A DNA stretch of 63,485 nucleotides, counting the filler, from Anaerolineae bacterium (GTDB lineage: Bacteria > Chloroflexota > Anaerolineae > Epilineales > Epilineaceae), in NCBI GenBank assembly GCA_029262755.1. It is 8 parts of 8 records of this genome, joined end to end, with 100 filler letters (N's around TTAATTAATTAA, not from the genome) between each part and the next. Parts side by side here need not be neighbours in the genome. Positions count along the whole stretch, not along the records: positions 19,843 to 22,552 come from JAJCYU010000025.1; positions 22,653 to 39,186 come from JAJCYU010000026.1; 6 more parts are not named here. The stretch is one strand, 5' to 3'. The position numbers and the translations under genes were made by a program. Shown here in pieces: positions 20,590 to 32,358 of the stretch (position 1 is the first letter of the stretch; the number at the start of each line of letters is the position of its first letter). Below the pieces are notes generated by a model that was not told the origin of the DNA, did no database searches, and saw only the letters and a list, made by a program, of their open reading frames with translations.

Positions 20590-21777
20590 TCAAGATAATC
20601 CTTTTATTTTATTAGAAAGTTGTTTTCCCATTTCGACTATTTTTTCGTGGTCATCGGTCGAAGGAGGACCCTTTACCTCAAGCGCCCCCACTAATTCAAT
20701 TTTAGTCGGCCTTAGGATTTCCAATGCTTGCTTAACGGCCCCTCCACCCCATCCATAAGAGCTAAGGACTACGCCGTATTTTAATGGCGGACGCAATACT
20801 TTTACCAGGTAAGCGGGAGTTATAGCAAGAGGGTGCATTCCTCCTAATACTGTTGGTACTCCAAAGACAATTGCAGACGAATCAACAAGGTCTTTAGCTA
20901 TATCACCTATATCTGAGTTGGAAATATTATATAAATCAACTTCAATCTTCTCCGATAGTAGTGTTTCAACCATTGTCATTATCATTTCTTCCGTAGAGTT
21001 CCACATACTAATATAAACAACTAATGCCTTTTCTTTAGTTTCACCGGCAATCCATTTACGATAAGCACCAAGGATCCTTTCTGGATTTTTATAAATAGGA
21101 CCATGACTTGGAGCAATAATCTCGATTTTTATGTCTTTTAGTTTTTCAAGTGCTTTCCTACCCATATTTCTAAAAGGCATCATTATTTCTCCGAAGTACC
21201 TCTTTGCAAAAATTAATATTTCCTCAACTTCATCATCGAAAAATCCAAAAGCGGTGTGGGCCCCAAAAAAATCGCAGGGGAATAAGATCTTATTCTCAAC
21301 AAGATATGTAAACATGGTTTCCGGCCAGTGGAGCCAAGGTGCTTCTATGAATTTTAGGGTTTTACCACCAAGTTCTATAATATCGCCATCCTTAACCGTC
21401 TTTATTCTTTCTTCCGATACCTTATAGAAGGTCTTTGCCATACTGGAACCTTTTTCAGTTGTAATGAGCAATGCCTCTTTGTTTCTTTCCATTAAGTATG
21501 GGATTGCACCGGCATGGTCTGGTTCCGCATGATTCATGACAATGTAATCTAAGCTTTTTAGTTCTATTACCTGGCTAATTTTCTCTGCCAATTTCTTTTC
21601 AAATCCAGGATTCACAGTATCGACAAGGGCAGTTTTTTCCTTACCAATCACAAGATAGGAGTTGTACGTTGTTTCCTGGGGAAGAGGTATCAGTGCATCG
21701 AAGACTTTTCTGTTCCAATCCTTTACGCCTACCAGAAATACATTTTCAGATAATTCTAAGACACTATATCTTTTCAT
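20590..21777 (-). CDS. fprA: flavodiiron protein (A-type flavoprotein)
   Basis: TYNSYL, NHAEPDH, LHWPETM, CDFFGAH, PSHG and a C-terminal flavodoxin domain (SYGWGG). Confidence 0.95.
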   Translation of the reverse strand: MKRYSVLELSENVFLVGVKDWNRKVFDALIPLPQETTYNSYLVIGKEKTALVDTVNPGFEKKLAEKISQVIELKSLDYIVMNHAEPDHAGAIPYLMERNKEALLITTEKGSSMAKTFYKVSEERIKTVKDGDIIELGGKTLKFIEAPWLHWPETMFTYLVENKILFPCDFFGAHTAFGFFDDEVEEILIFAKRYFGEIMMPFRNMGRKALEKLKDIKIEIIAPSHGPIYKNPERILGAYRKWIAGETKEKALVVYISMWNSTEEMIMTMVETLLSEKIEVDLYNISNSDIGDIAKDLVDSSAIVFGVPTVLGGMHPLAITPAYLVKVLRPPLKYGVVLSSYGWGGGAVKQALEILRPTKIELVGALEVKGPPSTDDHEKIVEMGKQLSNKIKGLS

Positions 21778-22038
21778 TTTTCATATATGCTTGAATAGGA
21801 TGATAAAAATTGCTTTTAAGGAGTGATTTATTAGGGATGTTATATCTGGGATTAATCTCTCTGGTATCTTCAATTCCATCCATTTCACCGTTTAATATTA
21901 TGTGTTGCTTATATAAAATACTATTGAAAGTCGTTTTATGTGTGATTCGTTTCTGTCTGTTTGCCTGCCTACAAGCAGAAATTGAAAATGGGTATGTATT
22001 CGTAATCATTGTAATACGATATAAAATTACAATTTTGA

Positions 22039-22257
22039 GAAACCTTAGCAGTAGTTCAGCTATCTAAACTTAAGTGTAGTACAATAAAAAGTATAAGCAA
22101 GGATATATTAAGTGATGAAATTGAAGATGAAGAGTTCCTTGAATTTGCTATAGACAATTTAGATGAGTTATCTTCATATATCATTAACGGTAATTTAAAT
22201 ATAAGGATTCACAGGGATATTACAGGTGAGATGTGGTTTGGAGTGGCTAAGATTTGA
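22039..22257 (+). pseudogene. start-less acidic ORF remnant of unknown function
   Basis: Open frame ...KDILSDEIEDEEFLEFAIDNLDELSSY...IRIHRDITGEMWFGV with no upstream start. Confidence 0.3.
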
Positions 22258-22552
22258 ATTGGAATATTTGTAAATCTTTATTAAGGCCAGCGCTATAAAG
22301 GCCGTTTTCATTGAAACAGTCAACAAGCTTTTTATCAGTGCCTTGAATGTGGTTAATTAACCACCACTTTAAGTATTCAAGTATTTCATTTGCAACTTGA
22401 TAATCACCATTAATTACCTTGTTAATATTAGCAACCGCTTTATCTGTGAAATCGAGGTGTTCATTTCTATGTAATTGAAACTCTGGAAAATTGAACTTTA
22501 TCATGTAAGTCTCTTCAGTTGCAAAATGCTTAAGGGCATACTTAACCATTTC
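22247..22552 (-). CDS. bacteriohemerythrin (5' truncated)
   Basis: HFATEE, HRNEH, WLINHIQGTD iron-ligand motifs. Confidence 0.92.
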   Translation of the reverse strand, partial: EMVKYALKHFATEETYMIKFNFPEFQLHRNEHLDFTDKAVANINKVINGDYQVANEILEYLKWWLINHIQGTDKKLVDCFNENGLYSAGLNKDLQIFQFKS

Positions 22553-22652
22553 NNNNNNNNNNNNNNNNNNNNNNNNNNNNNNNNNNNNNNNNNNNNTTAA
22601 TTAATTAANNNNNNNNNNNNNNNNNNNNNNNNNNNNNNNNNNNNNNNNNNNN
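22553..22652. other. artificial contig linker
   Basis: N-run, TTAATTAATTAA, N-run. Confidence 0.98.
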
Positions 22653-25080
22653 GAGCCTCACCACCCTCGGGGACGCTCAGGGCCGCGGGGAGCGCTGGCG
22701 CAAGCGGGGCCGGCGCGACGCCGGGTTCGTGGCGCACGGTCCACGTCGTATTCCCCTCGGCCGCCTGACGCGCATCGAGTACGCGGATGCGCGTGGTGAC
22801 GGTCACCGTGTCCGCCGCGTGGCGTCCTAGCTCGCGTGAAGGCGGCAGCAGCAACGCGCCGGGCTCCAAGGCACGGTCCAAGCGCAGACGGCCCGCACCC
22901 TGCACGGTCGCCGGCGCAAGGGCGCCGTCGCGGTGCGCGACCGGATCCGCGGTGATGACGAGCGCGCTGTGGATCGCGTCCACGGACCAGTCCGGGCGCG
23001 CGCCGCGCAGCACGGCGGCGGCGCCCGACACTTGCGGCGCGGCCATCGAGGTGCCGGTGGCGAGGGTGTAGCCGGCGGGCGAACCGTCGTCGTTCGTGTT
23101 GGCCGAGAGGATGTCCGTGCCCGGTGCGGCGAGATCCGGTTTGAGCGGCCCGGAGACGCCGGCGGCCAACGGCACCGGCCCTCGTGCGCTCGTAGGGTGA
23201 ATCGCGTCCACCGCATCCGGATCGATCTCGCTGCGCGGAGTGGGGTCTAGCCGCAGCCGCATCGTGGACCGTCCGTCCGCGAACTCCGCGAGCGCAACGG
23301 CCTGCGGCCCCGCGATCACGGCCGTCACGGGGAAGCTCAGATCCTCGCCGAGACCGGGAATCGGCAATTGGATTTGGCCGAGGGCGCCTTCGATCAGCGG
23401 CGCGAGCAACTCCAGCACGGACAGAGAAGCAGACATGGCGTCCAGGTCGCCGTCCGGTTGGTAGAAGACCACGGCCTCCGCCCCGACCATCGCAGCAACG
23501 ACCATCTTCTCGACGAAGGCCACAGCGCCGGGTAGGGGCAGCCCGAGCACGGATTCCTCGCAGGCGGTGTCCATGCGTGCCAGCGCGATCCGGCCCGGCG
23601 CATCGAGCAGCAGCTGCACGGGATCGCATAGATCCGTGAAGAGCGCGCGCCGGTCGATGACCTCGAAGCTCCGGTCGAAGGCTTCGTAGCGCGTCGGGTG
23701 CACCTCGAGCTCGGGCGGCAGCTCGTCGTCGCGCGCGGTAAGGACGTAGGCGAAGCTCCGTCCCGTGGCGCTGTTGGCCACCGTGATCACGTCCTCGCTC
23801 ATCTGGTGCGGTCCGCCGAGCGTGGCTTCCCCGTTGACGCCGGCGTTGCCCGCGGCTGCGACCACGACCACGCCCGCATCGCGCGCTACGCCGAAGGCTT
23901 GCGCCACCGGATGCGGCGCGGCCGGCACGATGTTCATCAACGACGTGCCCCACGAGTTGTTGATCACGTCCGCCCCGTCACGCAGGGCGTCCTCAATCAT
24001 GGCCAAGATTTCGGGCGTGTAGGCGTCGTTGAACTTGTAGGCAAGCACCTGCGCACCGGGCGCGACACCGGAGAGCGCCAGCGAGCCCGTGCCTGGATCG
24101 CCCGGCGCAGCGCTCACGCCGACTCCTGCGGCCGTGGCGGCGACGTGCGCGCCGTGGAAGCCGGGGTTGGGCAGCGGCAGCGGGACAGGCAGCGCGAGCG
24201 GATTGTCGGCCAGCGGCGAGAGCAACGTGCGAGGATCGACGCCTGCCGTGACCAGCTCCGGATTCGCATAGACGCGGGCGGCAATCACCTTGGCGTTCGT
24301 GTACAGCGCGGCCTGCTCCGCCTCGTAGTCCCACGTGACATCGCCGACGTGCGCCGCTGCGCGCGGAAAGCCCTCCGGCGCCACGAAGCCCTCGTCCGCG
24401 AAGAGCGGGTGCGCGGCGCTGATCCCGCTGTCGATGACCGCAATCCGTGTCCCGCGTCCGGCGCCCGATGCACCGCCCACGAGCGGGTTCGCCCACGCGG
24501 CGGGCGCGCCGATCAGCGGCAGGCTCGCGTCCATGAGCGGTCGGACCCGCTCGGCGGCGGTGACCGCCTTTACGCCAGGCAGCGCACGCACCTGCGCTGC
24601 TTGCGTGACATTGAGCCGAAACGCGAAGCCGTTGAAGGCTAGTGAGTAACGGTGCTGTGGGCGAACGCTCGGCGCAATCCGTTGCATGCGGGCCAGGAAG
24701 GCCGCCTGCTCGAGCTCGAGGGCGCGCGCGCGGCCGCTTCTTTGCGGCGGAAACCCCGGTGCCGGGCGGTAGCCGACGTGCCGAGGCGCCACGATTCCGG
24801 GGAGCGCAGCGGCGAGCGGCGTGCCCGCCAACTGAACGATGTAGCGTGCACTCGGCGCGGTGGCGGGCAACGACGTCGAGGGCGACGGCACCTCACGAAT
24901 CGTCGCGGCAACCGCCGCTGTGTCGCGGAGGCCCGCCGCGCTCGCAAGGCGTAGGTGTCCGCTTGTCGCGAGCGTACCGAGCGCGACCGCGGTGACGATC
25001 AGGGCCGACGTGGGCGGCGTGAGCCACGAACCTCGACGGCGCTCTTCAATGCGCTTTGTGGGCGGCGTGGGGGCAAACAT
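22653..25080 (-). CDS. secreted S8 (subtilisin-like) serine peptidase with I9 propeptide and PA-like insert (3' truncated)
   Basis: IAVIDSG, HGAHVA, AAAGN, KPDLAAPG, GTSMAAP. Confidence 0.93.
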
Positions 25081-25432
25081 CGGCGGCTCCTACGATCATC
25101 ATCGGCGTAGTCGGCAACGATAGGCGCGCGATCCCCGGCCGCCCACCTGGAACCGGACCGGAGCAAGGCGGCCGCATGGCCAGGTTCCATGATGAATGGA
25201 CGCGCACGCGATGGACCCTCCTCCTCGCTGCTCGGCGACGCTCGATGCCCAGCCGACGCACTGGGTTGAACGTCGCACGTGCACGGTGTCGACCGCGAAC
25301 GACACCAAGACTCGGCCGGCCCGAACCTGCTCGCTTCCTGGCCGGACGTCGCCGCTCCTGCTACGCTTCCGGGCCTGCTGAGCCCCTTTTTTTGGTGCCT
25401 GCAGCGTTGCCCCGCGTGGAGCCCGCCCCGCC

Positions 25433-26398
25433 ATGGATACCCCCATCACCTTCGCCCACTGGGCGGCCTTCAACATCGCCATTGCGGCGCTGTTGTTCCT
25501 GGACCTTGGCGTGCTGCATCGCAAGGCGAAGGTCATCCCGGTGCGCGCCGCACTTTGGCAAAGCGCGGCGTGGATCTCGCTCGCGCTGTCCTTCGGCGGT
25601 CTCGTTTGGTGGTGGCGCGGCAAGCAGAGCGCGCTTGAGTTCCTGACCGGCTACGTGATCGAGCTTTCGCTCTCGGTCGACAACCTCTTCGTGTTCCTGC
25701 TGATCTTCTCCTACTTCGCCGTACCGAAGGCTTTCCAGTACCGCGTGCTGTTGTGGGGTGTGCTCGGCGCGATGGTCATGCGCCTGACCTTCATCCTTGC
25801 GGGTGTGGCCTTGCTCGAGCGCTTCGAGTGGTTGATCTACATCTTCGGCGCCTTCTTGATCTACACGGCCTATCGCGTGGTCAGCTCCGGTGACCACGAG
25901 GTGCATCCGGATCGCAATCCCATATTGCGGCTCTTCCGGCGCATCGTGCCGATCACGGACGACTACATCGAGGACAAGCTCTTCGTACGCCAGGCGGGCC
26001 GGCTCTTCGCGACGCCGCTCTTCGTCGTGTTGCTCGTGGTCGAGACCACGGACGTCGTGTTCGCGATCGACTCGATCCCTGCGATCCTGGCCATCACGCA
26101 AGATCCGTTCATCGTGTATTCCTCGAATGCCCTGGCGATCCTCGGCCTGCGGGCGATGTTCTTCGCGATCGCCGGGCTGCTCGACTACTTGGAGTACCTG
26201 GACTTCGGTCTGGGCGGGGTGCTGGCCTTCATCGGGGTGAAGATGCTGCTTACCTCGGTGCACGTGCACATTGACGTCGGCGTTTCGTTGGCCGTGGTGG
26301 CCGGCATTCTCACCCTCTCGGTCCTGGCCTCCTTGGTCCTCCCTCCGCGCGGCAAGGCGAAGGAATTGGCCGACGTGGTACCGGACCCCGAGGGATGA
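25433..26398 (+). CDS. TerC/Alx family membrane protein
   Basis: GYVIELSLSVDNLFVF, ETTDVVFAIDSIPA, SNALAILGLRA. Confidence 0.95.
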   Translation: MDTPITFAHWAAFNIAIAALLFLDLGVLHRKAKVIPVRAALWQSAAWISLALSFGGLVWWWRGKQSALEFLTGYVIELSLSVDNLFVFLLIFSYFAVPKAFQYRVLLWGVLGAMVMRLTFILAGVALLERFEWLIYIFGAFLIYTAYRVVSSGDHEVHPDRNPILRLFRRIVPITDDYIEDKLFVRQAGRLFATPLFVVLLVVETTDVVFAIDSIPAILAITQDPFIVYSSNALAILGLRAMFFAIAGLLDYLEYLDFGLGGVLAFIGVKMLLTSVHVHIDVGVSLAVVAGILTLSVLASLVLPPRGKAKELADVVPDPEG

Positions 26399-26443
26399 CG
26401 GCCTTCGCGTTCAGCGCCCACCTCCAGAACGGACGCTAGCCTG

Positions 26444-27826
26444 ATGTCCCGCCAACCCGGGCTCTCGGCGATGCCGCTGCGCAAATCGCCTCCGGTTGCA
26501 CGCATTCCGCGGCCCCTGCAGGACTTCGTGCGCCTGGCCTCGAACGGCGGCCTGCTCCTGCTCGTGGCCACGATCGTCGCGCTCGTCCTGGCCAACTCGC
26601 CGTGGGCCTCCGCCGTCGAAGCGTTCTGGCACACCGAGATGGCGGTACAGATCGGCGGCTTCACCCTGCGCGAGGACCTGCGCCACTGGATCAACGACGG
26701 CCTCATGGCCATCTTCTTCCTGCTCGTCGGGCTCGAGATCAAGCGCGAGATCTTGGTCGGGGAGCTGTCCAGCCTGCGCGAGGCGGCCCTGCCCATTGCC
26801 GCCGCCGCCGGCGGGATGGCCGTTCCCGCGCTGGTCTATCTCGCCATTGCGGCCGGTTCGGGCCCCGGCGCAACCGCGGGATGGGGCGTGCCCGTCGCCA
26901 CGGACATCGCCTTCGCCCTCGGCGCGCTTACGTTGGTGCGGGGCCGCGTGCCGACCGGCCTGACCATCTTCCTCGTCGCCCTCGCGATCGCGGACGATAT
27001 CGGTGCCGTGCTCGTGATCGCCCTCTTCTACACGCAAGAGCTTGCCCTGGGATGGCTTGGCGTGGCCGCCGGCTTCCTCGTCCTCCTTGCCGTGATCAGC
27101 TGGCTCGGGGTGCGTCACGCCTGGCCCTATTGGGTGCTCGGGATCGGGCTGTGGCTAGGCGTGTTCGAGTCCGGCATTCACGCAACGGTGGCCGGCATCC
27201 TCCTCGCGTTTACCATTCCCTCCGACCGCCGCATCGACGGCGACTACTTCCTGCGTCGGGCGCGCGAGTTGCTCGACCGCTTCGAGCGCGCCGCGGACGA
27301 CGTGACCGAGGAAGCCTCCACGGATCAACAAGAGATCGTGCGCGTGCTCGAGATCGGTTGCGAGCGCGTGCAAACGCCGCTCCAGCGCATCGAGCGCGGC
27401 CTGAACCCGTGGGTCTCCTACGTGATCCTGCCGCTCTTCGCCCTCGCGAATGCAGGGGTATCGCTCGACGGCTTCGGCGACTCCGGGATGCACCCCGTGG
27501 CGCTGGGCATCATGGCCGGTCTCGTGTTGGGCAAGCCCGTTGGGATCCTGGCCGCCTCGTGGCTGGCCGTCCGGCTCGGCCTGGCGGATCTGCCCACCGG
27601 CGTAGGCTGGCGCCACGTAGCGGGCGCGGGCATGCTCGCGGGAATCGGCTTCACGATGTCGTTGTTCATTGCTGCCCTGGCGTTTGAGGGCACAGACCTC
27701 GTGCCGGTCGCCAAGGTCGGCATCTTGGTAGGATCGCTGGCTTCCGGGTTGATCGGCGTCCTATGGTTGCGCGCTATACCGCCTGCGGTGAGCGATGCGC
27801 CCAGCTCGGCCGCCGACGGACCATGA
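26444..27826 (+). CDS. nhaA: Na+/H+ antiporter NhaA
   Basis: WINDGLMAIFF, GLEIKRE, ATDIAFA, LAIADD, LAGIGFTMSLFI. Confidence 0.96.
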   Translation: MSRQPGLSAMPLRKSPPVARIPRPLQDFVRLASNGGLLLLVATIVALVLANSPWASAVEAFWHTEMAVQIGGFTLREDLRHWINDGLMAIFFLLVGLEIKREILVGELSSLREAALPIAAAAGGMAVPALVYLAIAAGSGPGATAGWGVPVATDIAFALGALTLVRGRVPTGLTIFLVALAIADDIGAVLVIALFYTQELALGWLGVAAGFLVLLAVISWLGVRHAWPYWVLGIGLWLGVFESGIHATVAGILLAFTIPSDRRIDGDYFLRRARELLDRFERAADDVTEEASTDQQEIVRVLEIGCERVQTPLQRIERGLNPWVSYVILPLFALANAGVSLDGFGDSGMHPVALGIMAGLVLGKPVGILAASWLAVRLGLADLPTGVGWRHVAGAGMLAGIGFTMSLFIAALAFEGTDLVPVAKVGILVGSLASGLIGVLWLRAIPPAVSDAPSSAADGP

Positions 27827-27892
27827 ATGCAGGCGTAGGCCCGATCGCGATGAGCAAGGCCCCGTGAGTTGCGCGCGGTCACGACCGCGTCC

Positions 27893-29014
27893 ATGAGCGA
27901 GGGTCAGGTGCAATTGTGGCTGGACGCCGTCATCATGGCCGTGACCGCCGACCGCCCACGCGTCCTGACCGTGCTGCGCGGCGCCGATGGAAGACCGCCT
28001 GCGGAGGCGCTTGCAGATTCCGAGCGCGAACCGGCGGCCCCTCCGCTCCACGGACCTTTGGACGCGCTGCCGTTCGGCCCGCTCGACGTGGCGGGGGATC
28101 GCACGCTCGAAGGCGGGCTGCGCCGTCACGTGCGGCAGCAGACGGGCCTCGAGCTTGGCTACGTGGAGCAGCTCTATACCTTCGGCGATGCGCTCCGTGA
28201 TCCGGCCCAAGCCGACGGCGGACCGCGCGTCGTGTCGGCCGCCTACCTCGCGCTCGTGCGTGAGGAGCGACCCGTCGCCGGCGACGCGCGCTGGCGCGAC
28301 GTCTACGCCTTTCTGCCGTGGGAGGATCACCGCGTAGGGCGGCCGTCCATCCTCGACGAGCGGATCGCGCCGGCGGCCACGGCGTGGGCGGCGGGTGCGC
28401 AGGGCGTCGGGGCCCCCCGCCCGCGGGATGCACGCGGCGACGCGATGGCCGAGCACGGTGAGCGTCGGGAGCGCGCCGATATCGCGTTCGGCTTCGGCAC
28501 GGCCCGGTGGGACGACGAGCGGGTGCTCGCGCGCTACGAACTGCTCTACGAGCTGGCGCTGGTGGCCGAACGGGCTCGCGACGACGGCGCTCCTGCGCCG
28601 CCGATGGATCCCCCGCGTGCGGAGTCTCTCGCAGAGCCGGGTAGGGGCCGCAAGGACGACGCGGATGCCGGGCGCGCGATGGCGCTGGACCACCGCCGCA
28701 TCCTCGCGACTGCCCTTGGCCGGGTGCGCGCGAAGATCAAGTACCGGCCGCTTGTCTTCGAGCTCGTGCCGCCCGAGTTCACGCTGCGTACGTTGCAGCA
28801 CACGGTCGAAGCGCTCGCAGGCATGCGGCTGCACACCCCGAACTTTCGCCGCCTCGTGGACCGTGGGGGGCTCGTGGAAGGCACCGGACATTTCGAGCAG
28901 GCTACAGGTGGCCGTCCCGCGGAGCGCTTCCGCTTCCGCAGGGAGGTGCTACGTGAACGACGCGCACCCGGCGTCGGTCTGCCCACGAGCGGATCGGCCC
29001 GGCGCCCGAATTGA
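27893..29014 (+). CDS. nadQ: NAD biosynthesis regulator, NadQ/NrtR-type (NUDIX-like plus wHTH)
   Basis: LGYVEQLYTFGD, PWED, RYELLYE, DHRRILATA, KYRPLVFEL, NFRRLV, GGRPA. Directly upstream of nadABC. Confidence 0.85.
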   Translation: MSEGQVQLWLDAVIMAVTADRPRVLTVLRGADGRPPAEALADSEREPAAPPLHGPLDALPFGPLDVAGDRTLEGGLRRHVRQQTGLELGYVEQLYTFGDALRDPAQADGGPRVVSAAYLALVREERPVAGDARWRDVYAFLPWEDHRVGRPSILDERIAPAATAWAAGAQGVGAPRPRDARGDAMAEHGERRERADIAFGFGTARWDDERVLARYELLYELALVAERARDDGAPAPPMDPPRAESLAEPGRGRKDDADAGRAMALDHRRILATALGRVRAKIKYRPLVFELVPPEFTLRTLQHTVEALAGMRLHTPNFRRLVDRGGLVEGTGHFEQATGGRPAERFRFRREVLRERRAPGVGLPTSGSARRPN

Positions 29015-29036
29015 CCGCGCCGCGACGAAAACGCTG

Positions 29037-29064
29037 TTGACCGCCCTGCATTGACCCCTAAAAT
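29037..29064 (+). promoter_or_regulatory. putative sigma70 promoter of nadABC
   Basis: TTGACC-N16-TAAAAT in an AT-rich intergenic patch. Confidence 0.5.
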
Positions 29065-29100
29065 TGGAGCGGGCGTAAGCTTTTTTCTTGTGCCAACGAC

Positions 29101-29121
29101 TAATACTCACATTGAGGTTAA
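29101..29121 (+). promoter_or_regulatory. NadQ-type operator
   Basis: TAATACTCAcatTGAGGTTAA resembles the ATRCTCA-N3-TGAGYAT NadQ box. Confidence 0.7.
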
Positions 29122-29163
29122 GTGGAAGGGTGTGAACCCTCCTCGTGCTCCAGGAGCGTTTTC

Positions 29164-30195
29164 ATGACGATCGAATCCGCGGTGGCCGCGCCCGTTGTGC
29201 GGCCCGCCCCGAGCCGCGCGGCGCTGGATCGCGCAACGAAGCGGTTGCAGGGCGCGGTGCCCGATGTCGAGATTGCCGTCCATGCGCCGCTGATCGCGCG
29301 CATCGAGGCGTTGAAGGCCGAACGCGACGCCATCGTGCTGGCCCACAACTACATGACGCCCGAGATCTTCCACGGCGTCGCGGACCTGGTCGGGGACAGC
29401 CTCGCGCTGGCCAACCTGGCCTCCGAGACCGAAGCGAGCGTCATCGTGTTGGCGGGCGTGCACTTCATGGCGGAGACGGCCAAGCTCATCAACCCGGACA
29501 AGACCGTGCTCATTCCGGATCTGGGCGCCGGCTGCTCGTTGGCCGAGTCGATCACACCGGCCGACGTGCGTGCGCTGCGCGCGCAGTATCCGGGCGTGCC
29601 GGTGGTCACGTACGTCAACACAAGCGCCGCGGTGAAGGCCGAATGCGATATCTGCTGCACATCGTCCAACGCCGTCGAGGTCGTCGAGTCCTTGGGCTCC
29701 GACCGCGTGATCTTCGTCCCCGATCAGTATCTGTCGGCGCACGTCGCCACCCAGACCGACGTCGAGATCATTCCCTGGGACGGTGCGTGCGAGGTGCACG
29801 AGCGCTTCGTGGCGCAGGACCTGATCTCCCTACGCGAATCGTGGCCCGGCATCGAGATCATCGCCCACCCCGAGTGCCCGCAAGAAGTGCTCGCGGAGGC
29901 CGATTTCGTCGGCTCCACGTCCGGCATGATCCAGCATGTGCGCGACCAACGCCCGGAGCGCGTCGCGCTGATCACCGAATGCTCGATGAGCGACAACGTG
30001 GCGGCGGAGCTTCCCGAGATCGACTTCGTGCGGCCCTGTAATCTCTGCCCGTACATGAAGCGCATCACGCTGACCAAGATTGCCCGCAGCCTGGAGACCA
30101 TGCAGCACGCGGTCGAGATCGATGAGGCGGTGGCCGGTCGTGCCCGCATAGCCGTCGAGCGCATGCTCGCCGTTGGACGCGGCCGCGGCGGGTGA
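29164..30195 (+). CDS. nadA: quinolinate synthase
   Basis: [46 protein letters not shown]. Confidence 0.96.
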   Translation: MTIESAVAAPVVRPAPSRAALDRATKRLQGAVPDVEIAVHAPLIARIEALKAERDAIVLAHNYMTPEIFHGVADLVGDSLALANLASETEASVIVLAGVHFMAETAKLINPDKTVLIPDLGAGCSLAESITPADVRALRAQYPGVPVVTYVNTSAAVKAECDICCTSSNAVEVVESLGSDRVIFVPDQYLSAHVATQTDVEIIPWDGACEVHERFVAQDLISLRESWPGIEIIAHPECPQEVLAEADFVGSTSGMIQHVRDQRPERVALITECSMSDNVAAELPEIDFVRPCNLCPYMKRITLTKIARSLETMQHAVEIDEAVAGRARIAVERMLAVGRGRGG

Positions 30196-32156
30196 GCGAG
30201 CCCGTCCGCGGGACGGACGCGCCCGCGGGCGGTGCCGTGGCATTCGACGCGTTGGCTTCCGACCAACGCGCCATCGACGACCGGTCCTTCGTCGACGGCG
30301 CATCCGCTAACGCTGCCTTCGACGTCGTCGTGATCGGAAGCGGTCTCGCGGGGCTGAGTACGGCCCTGCGGCTGGCCGAGATCGACGACGGTCGCCGAAT
30401 CTTGATCGTGACCAAGACGCCGGCCTTACCCGGTGGCTCGTCGCGCTACGCCCAAGGAGGCATGGCGGCGGCCGTCGGACCGGGCGACACCCCGCAGGCC
30501 CACGCGCGCGACACGGTCGACGCCGCGGCCGGGCTGGGCGATCCGGGCGCGGCGCGTCGTCTGACCGACGGTGCACCGAACCAGGTACGGCGCCTGCTCG
30601 ATCTGGGCGCGCGCTTCGATCGGGACGAGCGCGGGGGCCTTGCCCTCGGCCGGGAAGCCGCGCACGGGCAACCGCGCATCCTCCACGCGCACGGCGATGC
30701 GACGGGCCTCGAGATCGTGCGCGCCCTCGTCGCCGCCGTCGAAGCCCACCCGGCCATCCACACGCGCGTGGACACGTTCGCGCTGGACGTCGTCTCCGAG
30801 GAGGGACGTGTTGTCGGATTGCAGGTTCTCCACGCGACGGGGCGCGTGGAGCACATCCGGGCGCGCGACGTCGTGCTCGCGACAGGCGGGCTGGGCCAGC
30901 TCTACGCCCGTACGACCAACCCACGCGAATCGACGGCGGACGGTCTAGCGATGGCCGCGCGCGCCGGAGCAAGGCTGGTGGATGTCGAGTTCGTCCAGTT
31001 TCATCCCACGGCGCTCGACGTGCCCCATGCCGATCCGCGCCCCCTCGTGACGGAGGCCCTACGCGGCGCAGGGGCGGTTCTTATTGACGGCGCAGGCAAG
31101 CGCTTCATGCTCGAGGAGCATCCGTCCGCGGAACTCGCGCCGCGCGATATCGTTGCGCGCGCCATTGCCGCCCGCATCGCGGCGGGCGACGGCGCCTTCC
31201 TCGACGCACGCCGGGCCGTAGGCGAGGCCTTCCCCATCCGCTTCCCCACGGTGTTTGCGCTATGCACGGCGCATGGCATCGATCCGCGTGTCGAGGCGAT
31301 CCCCGTGACCCCGGCCACGCACTATCACATGGGCGGCGTTGCGGTGGACGCGCTCGGCCGCACGAGCGTGCCCGGGCTGTGGGCCGGCGGTGAGGTCGCA
31401 TCGACGGGCGTACACGGCGCAAACCGTCTGGCGAGCAACTCGTTGCTCGAGGCGCTTGTCTGGGGCAGCGGCGTGGCAGAGGCGATCGCTACGGGTGACC
31501 ACGCGCCGGAATTCGATCCCGCGTTCGGTGGGCCGTGGACCGAACACCGGAAGATTCCTGCCGCCGGGTTGGACCATGCATCCACAGCACCCACAGCACC
31601 CGCAGCACCCGTAGCATCCGTAGACAGCCCCTCGACCCGCGCGGTCTCACACCCCTGTCACCCGACGCCCGATCGCCAACCTGAGTCGGAGCTGGAGGTG
31701 CGAGCGGCGTTGCGCGCGATGGCCTGGCAGCGCATCGGCCTGGAACGCGACGGTGCCGGGCTCGAGGCGGCCGCGGCCTGCTTCGCGTCGTGGCGTCCTC
31801 CGCTGCCCGACAACGGTCCTGTGGACCGCGCCACGGCGGAACTGCGCAACCTTGCCTGCGCCGGTCGCCTGGTGGCGCTGGCTGCTCTGGAACGCAAAGA
31901 GAGCCGTGGGGCCCATCGCCGGGTGGACTATCCGTGGCGCGAGGCCGCGTGGAGAAAGCGCATTGCGCTCACGGTTGAACACGGAACCGTGCGAATCGAA
32001 ACCGGTCCGCGGCTCGACGAGGCCGCCTTCGCCGATGTCGTGCCAGACCTGGAACCCGACCCTAACCCCGACCCCAATCCCAACTCCAACCGCAACTCCA
32101 ACCCCAACCCCGAGCGCGTTGGCGCATCGGACGTCGCACACCCCGCCGGGATGTGA
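30192..32156 (+). CDS. nadB: L-aspartate oxidase
   Basis: [56 protein letters not shown]. Confidence 0.95.
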   Translation: MSEPVRGTDAPAGGAVAFDALASDQRAIDDRSFVDGASANAAFDVVVIGSGLAGLSTALRLAEIDDGRRILIVTKTPALPGGSSRYAQGGMAAAVGPGDTPQAHARDTVDAAAGLGDPGAARRLTDGAPNQVRRLLDLGARFDRDERGGLALGREAAHGQPRILHAHGDATGLEIVRALVAAVEAHPAIHTRVDTFALDVVSEEGRVVGLQVLHATGRVEHIRARDVVLATGGLGQLYARTTNPRESTADGLAMAARAGARLVDVEFVQFHPTALDVPHADPRPLVTEALRGAGAVLIDGAGKRFMLEEHPSAELAPRDIVARAIAARIAAGDGAFLDARRAVGEAFPIRFPTVFALCTAHGIDPRVEAIPVTPATHYHMGGVAVDALGRTSVPGLWAGGEVASTGVHGANRLASNSLLEALVWGSGVAEAIATGDHAPEFDPAFGGPWTEHRKIPAAGLDHASTAPTAPAAPVASVDSPSTRAVSHPCHPTPDRQPESELEVRAALRAMAWQRIGLERDGAGLEAAAACFASWRPPLPDNGPVDRATAELRNLACAGRLVALAALERKESRGAHRRVDYPWREAAWRKRIALTVEHGTVRIETGPRLDEAAFADVVPDLEPDPNPDPNPNSNRNSNPNPERVGASDVAHPAGM

Positions 32157-32358
32157 CGACCGCTAGGCTGCGATCATGGTCGCCCGCAGCAATCCCGCAG
32201 CAATCCCGCAACACCGTCGTTCACAACCGTTCTTAATGCGCTTCGACCCGCCTTCCCAACTTCCCTTACGCGCGCGCTCGATATCGCCCCCGTCTTCGCC
32301 CGCCCTTGCGCTCTTCTACGAACCTCCGTTCTCTTTCCACCTGTTCCTGGAGCCTGAC

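Noticed and set aside
22351..22362. GGTTAATTAACC palindrome resembling the linker
   Set aside because: It encodes the conserved hemerythrin WLINH; coincidental.
25200..25432. yybP-ykoY manganese riboswitch expected upstream of TerC/Alx
   Set aside because: The conserved GGGGAGUA-type core is not recognisable.
32183..32211. 11-bp tandem repeat CCCGCAGCAAT between nadB and nadC
   Set aside because: Simple slippage repeat with no evident function.
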